Positions 47,908 through 49,477 of a DNA stretch of 49,477 bases are shown here, one piece after another. The first letter of the stretch is position 1. Every line of letters begins with the position of its first letter. The stretch covers positions 1-49,477 of the forward strand of contig JBEAMT010000092.1 in assembly GCA_041165825.1 (NCBI GenBank), given 5' to 3'. Origin of the DNA: Actinomycetota bacterium (GTDB taxonomy: Bacteria > Actinomycetota > Actinomycetes > Nanopelagicales > Nanopelagicaceae). The notes below the pieces were generated by a model. It worked only from the letters and a program-made list of their open reading frames with translations, was not told where the DNA came from and did not search any database. Made by a program: the position numbers and the translations under genes.

Positions 47908-48978
47908 GTGCTCACTAATTTAGTTTTCTTCGCTTCCGTCGCTCTGCTTTGGTTAGCCTTAGCAAACTTCTTTACGATCCGCCGCCCCGCACCCGCAATA
48001 GAACGAAGCGAAACTGTAACTATCTTGATACCGGTGCGAAATGAAGAGGAAAACATTGCAGATTTAGTGCTTAACTTGCAGGCACAACAGTTCATAGTTA
48101 AACCAGAAATCATCTTTATTAACGACTCATCAACTGATGAAACGTCAGAGAAGTTGCAGGAAGCCCAAGATCGCGGCGCGCAGATAAAGGTAATCAACGC
48201 ACCTGAACTTCCAGGTGGCTGGCTAGGTAAACCATGGGCGCTGCAGCAGGGATACCTGAAAACAAAAGGCGAGATCGTAGTTACCTTAGATGCAGATGTT
48301 CGCCTAACTACAACTGCCATTTCACAAGCGATTACCATGCTCGGTGACCGCTCATTTATCTCGCCATATCCACGTCAGATCGCTAAAACTTTCTCAGAAC
48401 GTTTGATTCAACCTTTATTGCAATGGTCTTGGATGAGCACAGTGCCGCTACGCATTGCCGAAAAATCAGGACGTACGTCTTTAGCAGTTGCCAATGGTCA
48501 ATTCTTTCTGGTGCGCAAAAGCGCCTTAGATCAAATCAATGGATTTACTGCGATCGCTGCGGAAGTTCTCGATGATATGGAGCTTGCGCGGACGCTGATT
48601 AAATCTGGTGAATTTGGTGGTGTAGCCGATGGCTCTTCCCTTGCACAGACCCGCATGTATAAAAACTTCGCTGAAATCAAAGCTGGCTATGGAAAATCTC
48701 TCTGGAAAGCTTTCGGCAGTCAAATCGGTAGCGCAGGTGCAATAGCTTTTCTATTTATCACCGGCATTGCTCCAGTAATTGCCTGGTTTGGTGGCCATCC
48801 ACTTGGCTTCTTCGCCTATCAATTCGTAGTTATAACTCGCGCACTTAGTGCATCGCGTTCACGCGGCCGAATACTAGATTCGATTCTGCATCCGATCTCA
48901 TCTGCAATCTTGATCTATTTGATAATTTACAGTTGGCGCGCACGCGGCGTTGTGGCATGGAAAGGTCGCACGCTATGA
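47908..48978 (+). CDS. GT2 glycosyltransferase (carotenoid glycosyltransferase, CruG-like)
   Basis: IPVRNEE, D.STD, W.GKPWA, DAD, ANGQ, DD..LAR, WKGR. Confidence 0.82.
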   Translation: MLTNLVFFASVALLWLALANFFTIRRPAPAIERSETVTILIPVRNEEENIADLVLNLQAQQFIVKPEIIFINDSSTDETSEKLQEAQDRGAQIKVINAPELPGGWLGKPWALQQGYLKTKGEIVVTLDADVRLTTTAISQAITMLGDRSFISPYPRQIAKTFSERLIQPLLQWSWMSTVPLRIAEKSGRTSLAVANGQFFLVRKSALDQINGFTAIAAEVLDDMELARTLIKSGEFGGVADGSSLAQTRMYKNFAEIKAGYGKSLWKAFGSQIGSAGAIAFLFITGIAPVIAWFGGHPLGFFAYQFVVITRALSASRSRGRILDSILHPISSAILIYLIIYSWRARGVVAWKGRTL

Positions 48979-49477
48979 GCAAATCAATTTCTAGTAAACC
49001 AGCCGTTGCGGTAATTGGCGCTGGTATGGGCGGAATGGCAACTGCTGCCCGTCTAGCAAAAGCCGGCCACCAAGTAACTGTCTATGAAGCATCTGATCGC
49101 CATGGAGGTAAATGTCGCACTGAATGGATTGGCAACTACGCTTTTGATACCGGTCCATCACTTTTGACACTTCCAGCTGTTTATCGAGATTTCTTTCAAC
49201 GTACCGGCGATGTTATGGGGCGAGTTCTGGAGTTAGTGCCGGTTAACCCATCATTTGATTACCGTTTTACTGACGGTAAGTCTGTGAAATTTGCCAACTT
49301 GTCTCGGAAAGAGACTTTAGCTGCAGTTAAAGAATCTCTCGGTGATGGCGCTGCACAGGAATGGGATCGCGTAATGCGCAAAGCCGAAGCTATGTGGGAT
49401 GTTTCGCGCGAACCCTTTATCGAATCCGAACTTCGATCCGTCGCCTCACTTTTTAAGCGCCCTACTTTGCTGCGCGA
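48975..49477 (+). CDS. Phytoene desaturase-family protein (CrtD/CrtI-like), partial
   Basis: Manual translation MSKSISSKPAVAVIGAGMGGMATAARLA...GGK...FDTGPSLLTLP. ATGA overlap; runs off window. Confidence 0.88.
   Translation, partial: MSKSISSKPAVAVIGAGMGGMATAARLAKAGHQVTVYEASDRHGGKCRTEWIGNYAFDTGPSLLTLPAVYRDFFQRTGDVMGRVLELVPVNPSFDYRFTDGKSVKFANLSRKETLAAVKESLGDGAAQEWDRVMRKAEAMWDVSREPFIESELRSVASLFKRPTLLR

Noticed and set aside
350-48723. Many short antisense or overlapping ORFs in the six-frame track (e.g. 734-1090, 13229-13555, 19015-19437, 26441-26899, 47892-48338)
   Set aside because: They are shadows of well-supported genes, with no recognisable motifs or start signals.

Overview
Gene-dense, streamlined actinobacterial chromosome segment. 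GC looks moderate by eye, and gene content and compaction suggest a freshwater acI/Nanopelagicales-like organism (inference). Most of 1-34,400 is a minus-strand core block in Streptomyces-like order: DUF3040, mraZ-rsmH-ftsL-ftsI-murE-murF-mraY-murD-ftsW-murG-murC-ftsQ-ftsZ-pgeF-yggS-sepF-yggT, [ileS on +], a histone-H1-like/DksA fusion, lspA, rluD, dnaE, hisD-C-B-H-priA-F-I, trpE, a mini membrane protein and trpC (partial). divIVA is absent from its usual slot. 34,400-39,250 is a damage-inducible cassette (DUF6504-like, dnaE2-like, dinB) without imuA/imuB. Its promoter carries a perfect LexA box and a PafBC-type RecA-NDp motif. The right end holds a secreted Fn3-5'-nucleotidase, DoxX with a 24-bp palindromic operator, TauE, MFS, YbaK, arsC plus an aquaporin, a hydrolase and a crtA-cruF-GT2-crtD/I carotenoid cluster. 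The most striking observation is that the loop of the mraW-motif RNA hairpin between mraZ and rsmH is perfectly complementary (11 nt) to the ribosome-binding region of mraZ. No rRNA, tRNA, CRISPR or mobile element was recognised.
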